From contig JAGWAE010000002.1 in NCBI GenBank assembly GCA_018302135.1, forward strand, positions 11,803-75,802: a DNA stretch of 64,000 bases, written 5' to 3'. A program made the position numbers and the translations under genes. Below, piece by piece: positions 37,992-49,200 of the stretch (position 1 is the first letter of the stretch; each line of letters opens with the position of its first letter). Below the pieces are notes generated by a model. It did no database searches, was not told where the DNA came from, and saw only the letters and a program-made list of their open reading frames with translations. Source of the DNA: Candidatus Woesearchaeota archaeon (lineage in GTDB: Archaea; Nanobdellota; Nanobdellia; SCGC-AAA011-G17; PNOQ01).

Positions 37992-38104
37992 ATAATCAGT
38001 TATGATTTAACTTCCAAAAGCTTTTTAAATAGTTAATTTATAGCTTTACAAGAGGATCAAAAACTACTTTTATATTATTTTAAATGATTAGGAGCGTGAA
38101 AAAA

Positions 38105-38722
38105 ATGAAACAATTAGAAAATTTGCCTTATGCATACAATGCATTAGAACCTTACATAGATGAACAAACTATGAGATTACACCATGATAAACATCATCAA
38201 ACTTACTTCGATAAGTTTTTGGCTGCTATCGAAAATTATCCGGAATTGAAAAATGAAAACGTTAAAGAAATATTAAGACATTTAAATAAAATTCCGAGTG
38301 AAATAAAAACTGCTGTAGTAAATCATGGTGGGGGCTATTACAATCATAACTTCTTTTGGACAATTTTAAAGAAAGATGTTAAGTTTGAAGGAGAAATAAG
38401 CAAAGAAATATTAAAAAAATGGGGAAGCTTTGATAAATTTAAAGAAGAATTCAAAAATAACGCTTTAGGTGTTTTTGGAAGTGGATGGACTTGGTTGGTT
38501 TTAGATAAGAATGAATTAAAAATTGTTAAGACTGCAAACCAAGATTCTGTGATAAGTTTAAATATGATTCCATTATTAACTATAGATGTTTGGGAGCATG
38601 CGTATTATTTGAAATATCAAAATAAAAGAATGGATTATGTTGAAGCATTTTTTAATGTTATCAATTGGAAAAAAGTAAATGAGTATTATTTGGAGGTAAG
38701 AAAAAATGATAAAAATAAATGA
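38105..38722 (+). CDS. sod: Fe/Mn superoxide dismutase
   Basis: LPYAYNALEP, HHDKHH, NH.FFW, FGSGW and DVWEHAYY. Confidence 0.95.
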   Translation: MKQLENLPYAYNALEPYIDEQTMRLHHDKHHQTYFDKFLAAIENYPELKNENVKEILRHLNKIPSEIKTAVVNHGGGYYNHNFFWTILKKDVKFEGEISKEILKKWGSFDKFKEEFKNNALGVFGSGWTWLVLDKNELKIVKTANQDSVISLNMIPLLTIDVWEHAYYLKYQNKRMDYVEAFFNVINWKKVNEYYLEVRKNDKNK

Positions 38723-39269
38723 AAATGCACCACATTTTAGTGCTAAGGCATTTAATAATGAAGAATTTGTAACTGTAAGTTTATCTGATTATAAAGGTAA
38801 ATGGGTTGTTTTGTTTTTTTATCCGGCAGATTTCACTTTTGTTTGTCCAACTGAGCTTGGAGAGCTAGCAGATAATTATAATGAACTAAAGAAAATGAAC
38901 GTGGAAGTATTGAGTGTAAGCACTGATACTGAATTTGTTCATAAAGCATGGTATGACAATTCTGAGCAAATTAAAAAGATTAAGTATCCAATGGTTGCTG
39001 ATCCTACTGGAAATATTTGTAAAGCTTATGGAACCTATATTGAATCTGAAGGATTAAGTTTGAGGGGCACATTTGTTATAGATCCAGATGGAATTTTGAA
39101 AGCTTTTGAAGTGAATGATAATAGTATTGGAAGAAGTGTTAGAGAATTAATAAGAAAAATAAAAGCAGCTCAATTTGTTAGAGAGCATGGTGAATATGTT
39201 TGCCCTGCAAGTTGGGAACCTGGAGATGAAGCATTAAAACCAGGTATAGATTTAATCGGAAAAATTTAG
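38706..39269 (+). CDS. ahpC: Peroxiredoxin AhpC (2-Cys)
   Basis: FYPADFTFVCPTE and VCPASW. Confidence 0.95.
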   Translation: MIKINENAPHFSAKAFNNEEFVTVSLSDYKGKWVVLFFYPADFTFVCPTELGELADNYNELKKMNVEVLSVSTDTEFVHKAWYDNSEQIKKIKYPMVADPTGNICKAYGTYIESEGLSLRGTFVIDPDGILKAFEVNDNSIGRSVRELIRKIKAAQFVREHGEYVCPASWEPGDEALKPGIDLIGKI

Positions 39270-39538
39270 TGTTTTCCCATTACTTCATTTTTTCCTTTTT
39301 CTAATTCTTCAACTTGTTCTTTATCTAATTCTAGCAATAAAGCTTGAAATTCACCTATATGTGTTTTTTCCTCTTTTGCTATTTCTAACAATACTTCTTT
39401 TATTTTTTTACTTTTAGCATATGCCGCAAACTGTTCGTATAAATTTACTGCATCTAATTCGGCTATAATTCCGGCTCTTAGAATTTCTTTATCTGCATCT
39501 TTTAATTTTTTTAAATCGATTGGTAATGAAGACATCAT
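39266..39538 (-). CDS. Short ferritin-like (rubrerythrin/Flp) protein
   Basis: AELDAVNLYEQ and EEKTHIGEF (ExxH). Confidence 0.85.
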   Translation of the reverse strand: MMSSLPIDLKKLKDADKEILRAGIIAELDAVNLYEQFAAYAKSKKIKEVLLEIAKEEKTHIGEFQALLLELDKEQVEELEKGKNEVMGKH

Positions 39539-39623
39539 CTTTTAACCACCCCTTTGTTATTAGTTGATTTTCTTTTATATAGTTTTTGAAAAGATTTTTA
39601 TAATTGTTAGATAAAGGGTTACT

Positions 39624-40271
39624 ATGCAAATAGATAATATATATAGAATTTTGGAGAAAGAAGTTGTTAGTTACAAATCTCCTATTATTGATTTAATGAG
39701 AGCTAGAGGTAATAGCCCTTTTAGAATATTAATAGCTACTATTTTGTCTGCTAGAACTAAAGATGAAACTACTTCCAAAGTTGTTAGTAAATTGTTTCTA
39801 AAAGTTAAAGATTTTAAAGATTTGGAAAAAATAGATGTTAAAGAGCTTGAAAAATTAATTTATCCAGTCGGTTTTTATAAAAATAAAGCTAAACAATTGA
39901 AAAAATTGCCGATTGTTATTAAAAAAGAGTTTAATGGTAAAATTCCTGAAAATATTGATGATTTGGTTAAACTGCCCGGAGTTGGAAGGAAAACTGCAAA
40001 TTTAGTGATGACTGCAGCATTTGGCAAGTATGGAATAACTGTTGATACACATGTTTTTAGAATTATGAATCGAATTGGTTATGTTAAGACTAAGAATCCT
40101 TTGGAAACTGAAATGGTTTTAAGGAGAAGATTACCTAAAAAATATTGGAAGAATATTAATTATTTTTTAGTTTCTTTAGGCCAAAATGTTTGTACCCCTA
40201 TTTCTCCTTATTGTAGTAAGTGCCCTGTAAGAGAATATTGTAAGAGGGTTGGAGTTAAATCAAAAAGATAG
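39624..40271 (+). CDS. nth: Endonuclease III
   Basis: LPGVGRKTAN (HhH), VDTHV and the C-x6-C-x2-C-x5-C Fe-S motif. Confidence 0.95.
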   Translation: MQIDNIYRILEKEVVSYKSPIIDLMRARGNSPFRILIATILSARTKDETTSKVVSKLFLKVKDFKDLEKIDVKELEKLIYPVGFYKNKAKQLKKLPIVIKKEFNGKIPENIDDLVKLPGVGRKTANLVMTAAFGKYGITVDTHVFRIMNRIGYVKTKNPLETEMVLRRRLPKKYWKNINYFLVSLGQNVCTPISPYCSKCPVREYCKRVGVKSKR

Positions 40272-40312
40272 TATATAATTAATTATATAAATTCATTAAG
40301 TTTATTCTTTTT

Positions 40313-40924
40313 ATGAACCTATTAATTGAACAAGTAAAAGAGTTGCAAAATACAGCTATTAAAAATATTGTAGATAATAAATTAAAAGAATTTGAAAACA
40401 ATAATGAATGGTTCTCAGAATTGTGTTTTTGTTTGCTAACTGCAAATTCTAAAGCTGAAACGGCAATAAATATTCAAAAAGAAATTGGTACAAATGGATT
40501 TTTAAATTTAAAACAAGAAGAAATTAAAGAAATTATAGAAAAGAATAAGCATAGATTTCATAATAATAAAAGCAAGTATATAGTTGAAGCTAGACAATAT
40601 AAAGATATAAAAAAATTAATTGAACAAAAAAATGAGATTGATGCTAGAAACTGGTTGGCTGAAAATGTTAAAGGATTAGGATATAAAGAAGCTTCACATT
40701 TTATGAGAAATGTTGGTTACAAAAATTTGGCTATTTTGGACAGACATATATTAAAATTAATGTTTGAAAATAATTACATTAATAATATTCCTAAACCACT
40801 TAACAAAAAAATATATTTTGAAATAGAAAATAAATTTAATAGTATTGCAAAAGGATTAAAATTAAATTCTGCTGAACTGGATTTATATATGTGGTATCTT
40901 AAAACTGGTAAAATTTTAAAATAA
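40313..40924 (+). CDS. ogg: 8-oxoguanine DNA glycosylase/AP lyase (Ogg2 type)
   Basis: ELCFCLLTAN, KGLGYKEASHFMRNVG, AILDRHI and LDLYMWY.KTGKILK. Confidence 0.92.
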   Translation: MNLLIEQVKELQNTAIKNIVDNKLKEFENNNEWFSELCFCLLTANSKAETAINIQKEIGTNGFLNLKQEEIKEIIEKNKHRFHNNKSKYIVEARQYKDIKKLIEQKNEIDARNWLAENVKGLGYKEASHFMRNVGYKNLAILDRHILKLMFENNYINNIPKPLNKKIYFEIENKFNSIAKGLKLNSAELDLYMWYLKTGKILK

Positions 40925-40925
40925 A

Positions 40926-41663
40926 TTATTCTAACAAGCCAGTTAAATAAATTATAATTATTCCAATTATAAAGACTAATAGATTTAGCATTGCTTTTCT
41001 AAAATCTTTTTCTTTTCTTAGTTCTGGAATTAAATCGGAAGCCGAAATGTATAAAAATCCCCCGGCTGCGAAAGGAAGCAATAAACTTGTGAAGTTAGGT
41101 ATGTAATTTGGTAAAACATAACCTACTAAGCCACCAATAATTGCAGTTAATGCAGTTAAAAAGTTGTATAGCAGTGCCTTTGATTTTTTAAAACCCCCGT
41201 GAACTAAAACACCGAAATCTCCAATTTCTTGAGGAATCTCATGTGCTATTATTGCTAAAGTAGTTATTAATCCTAATTTTACATCTACCACAAAACTTGC
41301 AGCGATTATCAAACCATCTATAAAATTATGAACTGCTTCACCAAACAAACTCATATATGCAAATGTATGGATTTCACAATGATCTTTATGACAATGTCTC
41401 CAGTGAAGAACTTTTTCTATTAAGAAAAAGAATGTAAATCCTAATAATAATATAACAAATACTGGAACCGGTTCAGTATTTTCTAAAGATTCTGGAATTA
41501 AATGGAAAAATGCTGCACCAATCAAAGCTCCTGCTGATAATGCAACGAATAACATTAATACTTTTTCTAAAGATTTTGATTTTAAAGATAAAGTGAATAT
41601 ACCAACTAAAGAGATTAAGCTAACAAATAACGTGCTTAATATTATCCAATAAATAGTTTGCAT
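40926..41663 (-). CDS. ZIP-family metal transporter
   Basis: HWRHCH, HNFIDG and HEIPQEIGDF. Confidence 0.92.
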   Translation of the reverse strand: MQTIYWIILSTLFVSLISLVGIFTLSLKSKSLEKVLMLFVALSAGALIGAAFFHLIPESLENTEPVPVFVILLLGFTFFFLIEKVLHWRHCHKDHCEIHTFAYMSLFGEAVHNFIDGLIIAASFVVDVKLGLITTLAIIAHEIPQEIGDFGVLVHGGFKKSKALLYNFLTALTAIIGGLVGYVLPNYIPNFTSLLLPFAAGGFLYISASDLIPELRKEKDFRKAMLNLLVFIIGIIIIYLTGLLE

Positions 41664-41697
41664 TTAGTTTTTGAATTTTACAGGTATAAATAACTTT

Positions 41698-42873
41698 TTA
41701 TTTTTTCCTTATGTGTTTTTTAAGGGAAATAAATAATAAAACAGAAATTAAAGAAACGATTGAACCAAATGCAAATGTCATAGTTGGATTAATATCCCAA
41801 AGTATTCCTGCGATTAAACTTGCTGGTAATGCAGTTACACCAATACAAGTATGGAATAATCCCAAAGCAGAACCTCTGTGTTCTTCGGAAGATAAATCAG
41901 ATATTAAAGCACGTTGATTACCTTCAATCATCGCATAAACTAAACCATACAATGCAAATAGAACTACAAAGAAAGTTATTGTATTTGCAAATATAAATCC
42001 TAATGAAACTATTGAAAATAGAGTATATCCGTAAATTAATACACGTTTCCTGCCTATATGGTCTGATAACTTGCCCATTGGAATAGCAAAAGTAAGATAA
42101 AATAAATTAAAGAAAATGTAAAGTAAAATTGGAACTGCTAAACCTAATTTACCCGGTAAAAAATTGCTTGCTTTTAGTATAAAAAACATATAACTAAAAT
42201 TTGCTAAGGCAAAAATAGTTGATATAAATATGAATAATTTTACTTGTTTGGGAAGTTTTTTTATTTCCCATTTCATTGAATGGTTTGTTGTTTTTTTCTT
42301 ATTCTTTTCTTTAACAAAAGCTAAAGGAATGATAGCAATAAATCCTAAGATTGCAGCTATAAAAATTATTTTTTGAAAACTAAAATCGAAATACCAGAAT
42401 AAAACAAAAGCAGTCATTGCACCAAGAACTGCACCAGTTGTATCCAATGTTCTATGAATACCAAAACCTTTGCCTTTATTTTTTGGCATAGATTCTGAAA
42501 TCAAAGCATCTATTGGAGCAGTTCTCATACCTTTGCCCAATCTTTCTAAACCTGCAAAAATTAAAACTTGTTGCCATGTTTTTGAAATTACTAATAATAG
42601 TTTGAAAGATGCAGAAGTTAAATATCCAGATAAAATAAAACGTTTCCTTTTTCTTTTATGATCTGATAAATGACCAAAATAAAATTTTATTATACTTGCG
42701 ATACAATCACGAACACCACCAATTAAACCAATTATTATTCCTGTTCCACCTAGTGAAGCAATTAATAAAGGTAAAATTGGAACTATTAATTCACTGCTAA
42801 AATCATTAATCAAACTCACAATGCCCAAGAAGATAACATTAGTACTGATTCCATTAATGACCTTCTTTTGCAT
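41698..42873 (-). CDS. MFS transporter
   Basis: ERLGKGMRTAP.DALI, GKGFGIHR.LDT.GA and GKLSD.IGRK. Confidence 0.9.
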   Translation of the reverse strand: MQKKVINGISTNVIFLGIVSLINDFSSELIVPILPLLIASLGGTGIIIGLIGGVRDCIASIIKFYFGHLSDHKRKRKRFILSGYLTSASFKLLLVISKTWQQVLIFAGLERLGKGMRTAPIDALISESMPKNKGKGFGIHRTLDTTGAVLGAMTAFVLFWYFDFSFQKIIFIAAILGFIAIIPLAFVKEKNKKKTTNHSMKWEIKKLPKQVKLFIFISTIFALANFSYMFFILKASNFLPGKLGLAVPILLYIFFNLFYLTFAIPMGKLSDHIGRKRVLIYGYTLFSIVSLGFIFANTITFFVVLFALYGLVYAMIEGNQRALISDLSSEEHRGSALGLFHTCIGVTALPASLIAGILWDINPTMTFAFGSIVSLISVLLFISLKKHIRKK

Positions 42874-42949
42874 ATCAAATCTTCACGTTTTGAGTTTATA
42901 AACTTTTTTTAAGTAAGGTTTATAAAGATTAATTTTGATAATTAGAATA

Positions 42950-43879
42950 ATGATTAATTGTGTGAAGTATGCTGATAAAAGTTTGGGAAAAAGTAGTGTG
43001 AAAAATATAAATGTTCTTAGAGATTTGGTTTGGATTGACGTTTCTGCAAAGGATAAAAAAGAATTGAAAGAAATTCAAAAAAAATTTAATTTAAATGAAA
43101 AAGATTTAGAAGATAGTATAGATATACGTGAAGTAACAAGAGTGCATGATAGAATTAATTATTCTTTTGTTGTTTTAAGATCTACTAGTAAAAAAAATTA
43201 TATTCCTGTCGGTGTTTTTGTTAGTAAAAGATTTTTGATAACAATTCACATGAAAGATATTCCTGCGATTAATAGCCTTTTAAAAAATAATATTGAGATT
43301 AAAGATGGTTTTTCCAAAGGAATTGATTTTCTTTTTTGTAAGGTGGTTTCTGAGATGAATAAAAAGACTGAGGAAGATATTGAAAAATTTGATGATGAGT
43401 TAGATGAGTTTGAGAATAAAATCATTAATTCTAAATTAGAGAAAGTAGATGATATTTCCCCATTAAAAAGAAAGTTAAATTATTATAAAAAAGCTTTAAG
43501 TTCTAATAAAGAAGTTATGCAGAAATTGTTGAGCGGAAACGGAAAGTTCTTTTCTGAAAAAAATTATTCTAATTTAAATTATTTGAATATTGAAATTATG
43601 CAATCTGAAACTGCTATCGAATTTCAAAGAGAAAAATTAACTGGAATTTTAGAGATGCATATGATAGGGGTGTCTAATAAATTAAATGATATAATGAGAG
43701 TTTTTACTGTTGTTGCTGCTCTTTTTTTATTGCCAACTGTTATAACTGGTATATGGGGTATGAACTTTGCTGAAATACCTTTCTTCGGATTTAAATATGG
43801 TTTTTACATACCGATAGTTATAATAATCATTAGTATGTTGCTTCTTTATTTGTATTTTAAGAGGAAAAAATTAGTATGA
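42950..43879 (+). CDS. corA: CorA-family Mg2+ transporter
   Basis: PTVITGIWGMNF signature and two C-terminal TM helices. Confidence 0.9.
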   Translation: MINCVKYADKSLGKSSVKNINVLRDLVWIDVSAKDKKELKEIQKKFNLNEKDLEDSIDIREVTRVHDRINYSFVVLRSTSKKNYIPVGVFVSKRFLITIHMKDIPAINSLLKNNIEIKDGFSKGIDFLFCKVVSEMNKKTEEDIEKFDDELDEFENKIINSKLEKVDDISPLKRKLNYYKKALSSNKEVMQKLLSGNGKFFSEKNYSNLNYLNIEIMQSETAIEFQREKLTGILEMHMIGVSNKLNDIMRVFTVVAALFLLPTVITGIWGMNFAEIPFFGFKYGFYIPIVIIIISMLLLYLYFKRKKLV

Positions 43880-44421
43880 GGGGAGACAAGTTTACAAAAC
43901 GAGCTTTAGAAGAAGGTTATTTAGCTAGAAGCATTTTTAAAATTAAAAATATTCAAAATAGATTTCATATTATTAGAAAAGGAGATTATGTTTTAGATTT
44001 AGGAGCTGCACCAGGAAGTTGGAGCCAGTATGTTTTAGAACTTGGCGCAAAAGTTGATTCTATTGATTTAAATCGTGTAAAATATGGAAATTGGATAAAG
44101 ATTGATATTTTTGATGAAAAATTATTTGAGGTATTGGAAAGAGATTATAATGTTGTTTTGAGTGATTTGGCACCAAGAACTTCTGGAATTAAACATTTAG
44201 ATGTAGAAAGATCTATTGGGTTAAGTCAGAGAGCTTTAGAAATTGCTAAACTTAAATTAAAAAGAAATGGAAATTTTGTTTGCAAAGTTTTTCAAGGTGA
44301 AGATTTTAAATTATTTTTTGATGACATGAAAAAGAATTTTCAAGTTGTTAGAAGTATAAGACCTATGGCTACTAGAAAAAGTAGCAGAGAAATTTATTTG
44401 ATTGGGTTGGGAAAGAAATAA
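43876..44421 (+). CDS. rlmE: 23S rRNA Um2552 methyltransferase RlmE/FtsJ
   Basis: DLGAAPGSWSQ, SDLAP, KVFQG and P.ATRK.SRE.Y. Confidence 0.92.
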   Translation: MRGDKFTKRALEEGYLARSIFKIKNIQNRFHIIRKGDYVLDLGAAPGSWSQYVLELGAKVDSIDLNRVKYGNWIKIDIFDEKLFEVLERDYNVVLSDLAPRTSGIKHLDVERSIGLSQRALEIAKLKLKRNGNFVCKVFQGEDFKLFFDDMKKNFQVVRSIRPMATRKSSREIYLIGLGKK

Positions 44422-45810
44422 TTAATTCATCCTTATTTTTCTTAGTCTTATTGATGGCCCACCGGTGAATACTGGTATTCCTTGCATAGGTTCACCTTTT
44501 CCACAAGTAGCAGCAAAGAATTGTAAGTTATTAGCAACCATATCTACTGAAGACCAAAGTTTTGGGGTTGTTATTTCAATAGCAGGATGTTTTACTGGTT
44601 TTGTTATTTCTCCATTTTCTATTAAATAAGCTTCATCACCAGTATATTTTTGATGAAATCTTTTATCATCGATATTCCATTCCATAAAACTTTTAATATA
44701 CACACCTTTTTTTATTTCTTTAAACAAATCTTCCTCAGAATTTTTTCCTGGTTTAACAAAAGTGTTAGACATTCTTACCATTGGTTCAACTGAATAATTA
44801 GAAGCACGTGCAGAACCGTTACTTTGTATTCCTATTTGTTTGGAAGTCGCACGATCATGTAAAAATTCATTTATTATTCCGTTTTTCATTAAAACTCTTT
44901 CGCTTGCTTTTATTCCTTCATCATCGTATGAATAATAACCATAACTTCCTTCTAAAGTAGGATCATCAACTGCTGTAACTACTTCTGAACCTATTTTTGT
45001 ATTCAACATATTTTGTGTTACAAATGATTCGCCAGCTTGCGCAGATTCTCTTCCAAAAATTCTATCTGCTTCATATGGGTGGCCTATAGATTCATGAGTT
45101 GCAATACCAGTAACTTCTGGGCCAAAAACAACATCTAATTCTCCTTTTGGACAAGCAATACCTTTTTCTAAATTTTCTTTTAATGCTTTTATTTCATTTT
45201 GTAAATGAGATTCTAGTTTCCATTTTTTTAGTACTTCAAAACCAGTTGTAGAACCAAATTGTAAATTTCTTTGTATTGAATTTGCTCCGCTTAAAATTGT
45301 TAGGAAATAGAAAAAATGAACTCTTGGAATTATTTGAGTTACATTTGTACCTTCAGTATTAATATAATATTTTTCTGTTAAATCTTCGGTTAATGAAAAG
45401 TATTTGTGATTTACGTTTACTAATTTGTCTATTTCTTTTAAATATTCTAATTTTTGTTCTTCATCTAAAATTTGTTTTGATTTTATATTAATTGATTTTT
45501 TCACTGATTTATTTTCTGAAAATAAAACTTTTTCAGATAGTCTAGAAGCTTTTTTTACTAACATTATTGATTTTTCTAACTCTTGTTTAATTTTTTCCTT
45601 TTCTAATGTGTTTATTGCGGCAAAACCTAAGTTATTATTTATTATGAATCTAACACCTAAACCAATAGTCTGATCAAATCCAGACATTTCTAAATTAGAA
45701 TTATTTAATACTAAACCAGAACCAGAACTTTTTTCTAGCCTTACTTCTGCATAATCTACTTCTTTTTCTTTTAAATAATTTATGGCAAACTCTGCTAATT
45801 CTTTGGACAT
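44422..45810 (-). CDS. tldD: TldD family metalloprotease
   Basis: HESIGHPYEAD, YDDEG, RMSNT and CGKGEPMQ. Confidence 0.9.
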   Translation of the reverse strand: MSKELAEFAINYLKEKEVDYAEVRLEKSSGSGLVLNNSNLEMSGFDQTIGLGVRFIINNNLGFAAINTLEKEKIKQELEKSIMLVKKASRLSEKVLFSENKSVKKSINIKSKQILDEEQKLEYLKEIDKLVNVNHKYFSLTEDLTEKYYINTEGTNVTQIIPRVHFFYFLTILSGANSIQRNLQFGSTTGFEVLKKWKLESHLQNEIKALKENLEKGIACPKGELDVVFGPEVTGIATHESIGHPYEADRIFGRESAQAGESFVTQNMLNTKIGSEVVTAVDDPTLEGSYGYYSYDDEGIKASERVLMKNGIINEFLHDRATSKQIGIQSNGSARASNYSVEPMVRMSNTFVKPGKNSEEDLFKEIKKGVYIKSFMEWNIDDKRFHQKYTGDEAYLIENGEITKPVKHPAIEITTPKLWSSVDMVANNLQFFAATCGKGEPMQGIPVFTGGPSIRLRKIRMN

Positions 45811-45972
45811 ATATTGGAATTGTTTGAGTAGATTTATATAAGTTTTGAAAGTAGAATTATTGTTATTTATGCTATTTGTATAAATAATATGTTAATATTT
45901 TATCTAATTTTTATTGATATTTATACCAATAGTAAACTTTATATATTAATAGTATAAATGATATTCATATAA

Positions 45973-46227
45973 ATGGCCTCACCTTTACCAAAATGGATTA
46001 TGCAAAGATATTCTATCCTTTGGAATACTTTTCATGATAAAGAGTTTGATCATGATGCTGCTTTTAACTTATTGAATAATGAGAAAACGGTTAGTATTGC
46101 TATTTCTAAATTAAGAAAAAATGGTTGGTTGGAAATTAAACTAGATGAAAATGATGCTAGAAGAAGATTGTATAAATTAAAAAGTCCAGAACAAGCTGTA
46201 AAAGAAATAGGTGAGAAAAATGAATAA
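45973..46227 (+). CDS. Small winged-helix DNA-binding protein
   Basis: SKLRKNGWLEIKLDENDARRRLYKL wing motif. Confidence 0.75.
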   Translation: MASPLPKWIMQRYSILWNTFHDKEFDHDAAFNLLNNEKTVSIAISKLRKNGWLEIKLDENDARRRLYKLKSPEQAVKEIGEKNE

Positions 46228-49200
46228 TAAATATTTTATTCTTTTAATGATTTGTATAACTTTAGTTGTTGAATTCGCTTCTGCAGAAATAATCAGTAGT
46301 TGCCAAACTATATCTAGCCCAGGATCTTATGAATTAAACCAGAGTATAACTAGTACTACAACATGTATGACTATTGCAGTTAGTAATGTAGATTTTAATT
46401 GTAATGGTTCAACTATTTCTTATAATTCTGGGGGAGGAGCGACTAATTATGGAATTAATGCTATTTATCTGCTTGTCCCCTTAGAAAACATAACTATAAG
46501 AAATTGTGATATTAAAGATGTAAACGCCGCAGGAACCCCATCGGCAGGAATACAATTTACTAGAGTTACAGATTCAGTTATATTAAACAACACTATACAG
46601 ACTAATGGAACTACATTAAATCATGGAATTACGCTTACAACCGGATGTAAAAGAAATAGAATAGAAAATAATACTATAAATACTTGGGGGAGTGGAATAA
46701 CAAATGTAGGAATTTACCTTAATACAGAGGCATCAAATAATAATATAACTGGAAATATTGTAAGAGGTGTAGGTACATTAACTAGTTATGCTGTTTATTT
46801 TGCTGCCGACGCTAATAATAATAGTGTAAATAATAATAATCTTTCTACAATTTCAACGGTTGTTGCAGCTAATGCTGACCCACATGTTGTTGTTATCAGT
46901 GCGAGTAATTTGAATAATATCACTAATAACAATATATATGGTGAAGGCGCGCAGAGAGGATATGCTGTGTATATTACCACAAATGCAGAATCAAATAATA
47001 TTCAAAACAATGATATTATTATTAATCTTACTACTGGTGCAATAAGTTATGGAATTTATATTTTAAGATCACCTTCAACTAATGTGATAAATAATACTAT
47101 AACCCCTATTGGGACAGGTACTTTAAGAGGAGTTTATGTTGCTAATGCACAATATACTAACATACAAAATAATAATATATCTATCCTTAGCCCCGCTATA
47201 ACAACTGCAGATGGGATTCTTGTTACTGCCTCACCAAATAGTTCAGTTTTAAACAATGATATTTTAATTAATGCAACTTCTACTGTCAATGCCATATCTT
47301 CCACTTCCTCTGCTAATAATCGTATCGAAAATAATAATATAAATATTTTAGGGAATGGTACTGCAACGACATTTAATGGTGTTTTGACTACTACTTCGTA
47401 TTCTAACTCTATAATAAATAATAGTATATATATCAAAGGAATAACTGTATTAAACGGAGTGTTACTCACTACTTCTCCAGATAATATTGTTGAAAACAAT
47501 TCTATAAACGTTACTGGAACTGGAGCTACAAATGTTGGAATTTATTTATCTTCTGCTGCACCTTCAAATATTGTAAGAAATAATACGATATATTCCTCAG
47601 CATCAATTCCTGCATATGGAATATATTTACTTTATGATGGAGTAAATAATCTTATAGAAAAAAATACTATAACTACTTATGGAACAACTAATGCTAATTT
47701 TGGTATTTATTTAAGCACCGGAACCAATGAGAATAGGATAATAAACAATACAGTTACTACACTGGGCGCAGGTACTACAAATTATGGAATTCATTTGCTT
47801 ACATGTAATAATAATTATGTTGGTTATAATAATATTTCTACAAACGGTACTACTGCAAACCACGGGATATACATTCTTACACAAGCAAATAATAATACTG
47901 CAGAAAATAATATAATTTCTACGTATGGAACAACAGGTAGTTATGGAATTTATATCAACAGTGCGAATTATAATAAATTAATTGGAAATAATATCACTGC
48001 TAATGGATCAACACAAGTTGCTGGAACTACAACAAGTAATTATGGTATTGTGGTAGGTGCAAGTTCTTACTTTTCTGAAGTTTATAATAATACAATTTAC
48101 AATGGGGGCGGGAGATATAATTATGGAATTTATAGTCTTACTAATTCTAGATGGGGAACATTTACAGGAAATAATGTGAATACTGGTGGAACTGGTAACC
48201 TTAATGTGGGAGCGTATATTTCAGAAAGCCATTACAATACTTTAGAAAATAATGTATTTTCTACATCTGGATCTACTACAAACCATGCAGTATATTTACA
48301 TTCTAGTGCCAGGGAAAATGTTATAGAAAATAATAATATATCTACCTCAGGTGGAACTGACTCCCATGCATTCGCATTTTTATATGTTGCTGCAGGAGGA
48401 TATCCGGAGAGGAATATTATCAAAAATAATGAACTTTTAAGTATTTCTGGTAGAGATATTGACTTTGCAACTGCATCTATAAATGGAACCACACTTATTG
48501 ATCAAGTTATTGGAAATTATTCTTTTACTGGTACAGCAGGCACATTAATAATAAGAAATGAATCTGCAGGCCAAATAGAATTTGGAGCAGTTTTGTCTGG
48601 GGCGAGTACATTTTTTAGTAATAGAATATTCATATGGCCTAATTTAGCCGGAATAGAAGAAAGTACTTCTGCTTTGAATAAATCGGCTACAATAACATTT
48701 TATAATGTTTCAACAAGTTCGACAGAACTACAAATATATAGAAATGGGGGGATTTGCCCAGAAACAATATGTACTAATCTAACAACTATGCAGGCTGGAA
48801 ATGTAACATTCAATGTTACACGGGGAGGGAATTATTCCATACTTGCAACATCATCATCACCATCAGTTGAATTAAATTATCCAGATAATAGTTTTAATAG
48901 TTCTTCTCAGAATATAACTTTCAATTTTACTGCTATAGACGATTCTGTTGGAGACTTAAATTGTAGTGTTTATATTAATAATGTAATAAATCAAACAAAT
49001 TATTCTGTTTCTAATGGCACATTAACTAGCTTTATTATTAATGGTTTACAAGAAAATAATCATACTTGGTATATTGAATGTTATGATTATTTAGGGAATA
49101 GAAATGTATCAGAAACAAGAAATTTTTCTGTAATAATCTCTCAACCATCTTATAATTTCAATTATCCTGGAAATAATTCTTATATCAATGATGTTTCATC

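Noticed and set aside
46300-48500. Repetitive AAT-rich DNA suggesting a tandem array or DGR target
   Set aside because: The repeats are degenerate protein-level beta-helix repeats. No near-identical TR/VR pair or reverse transcriptase is seen.
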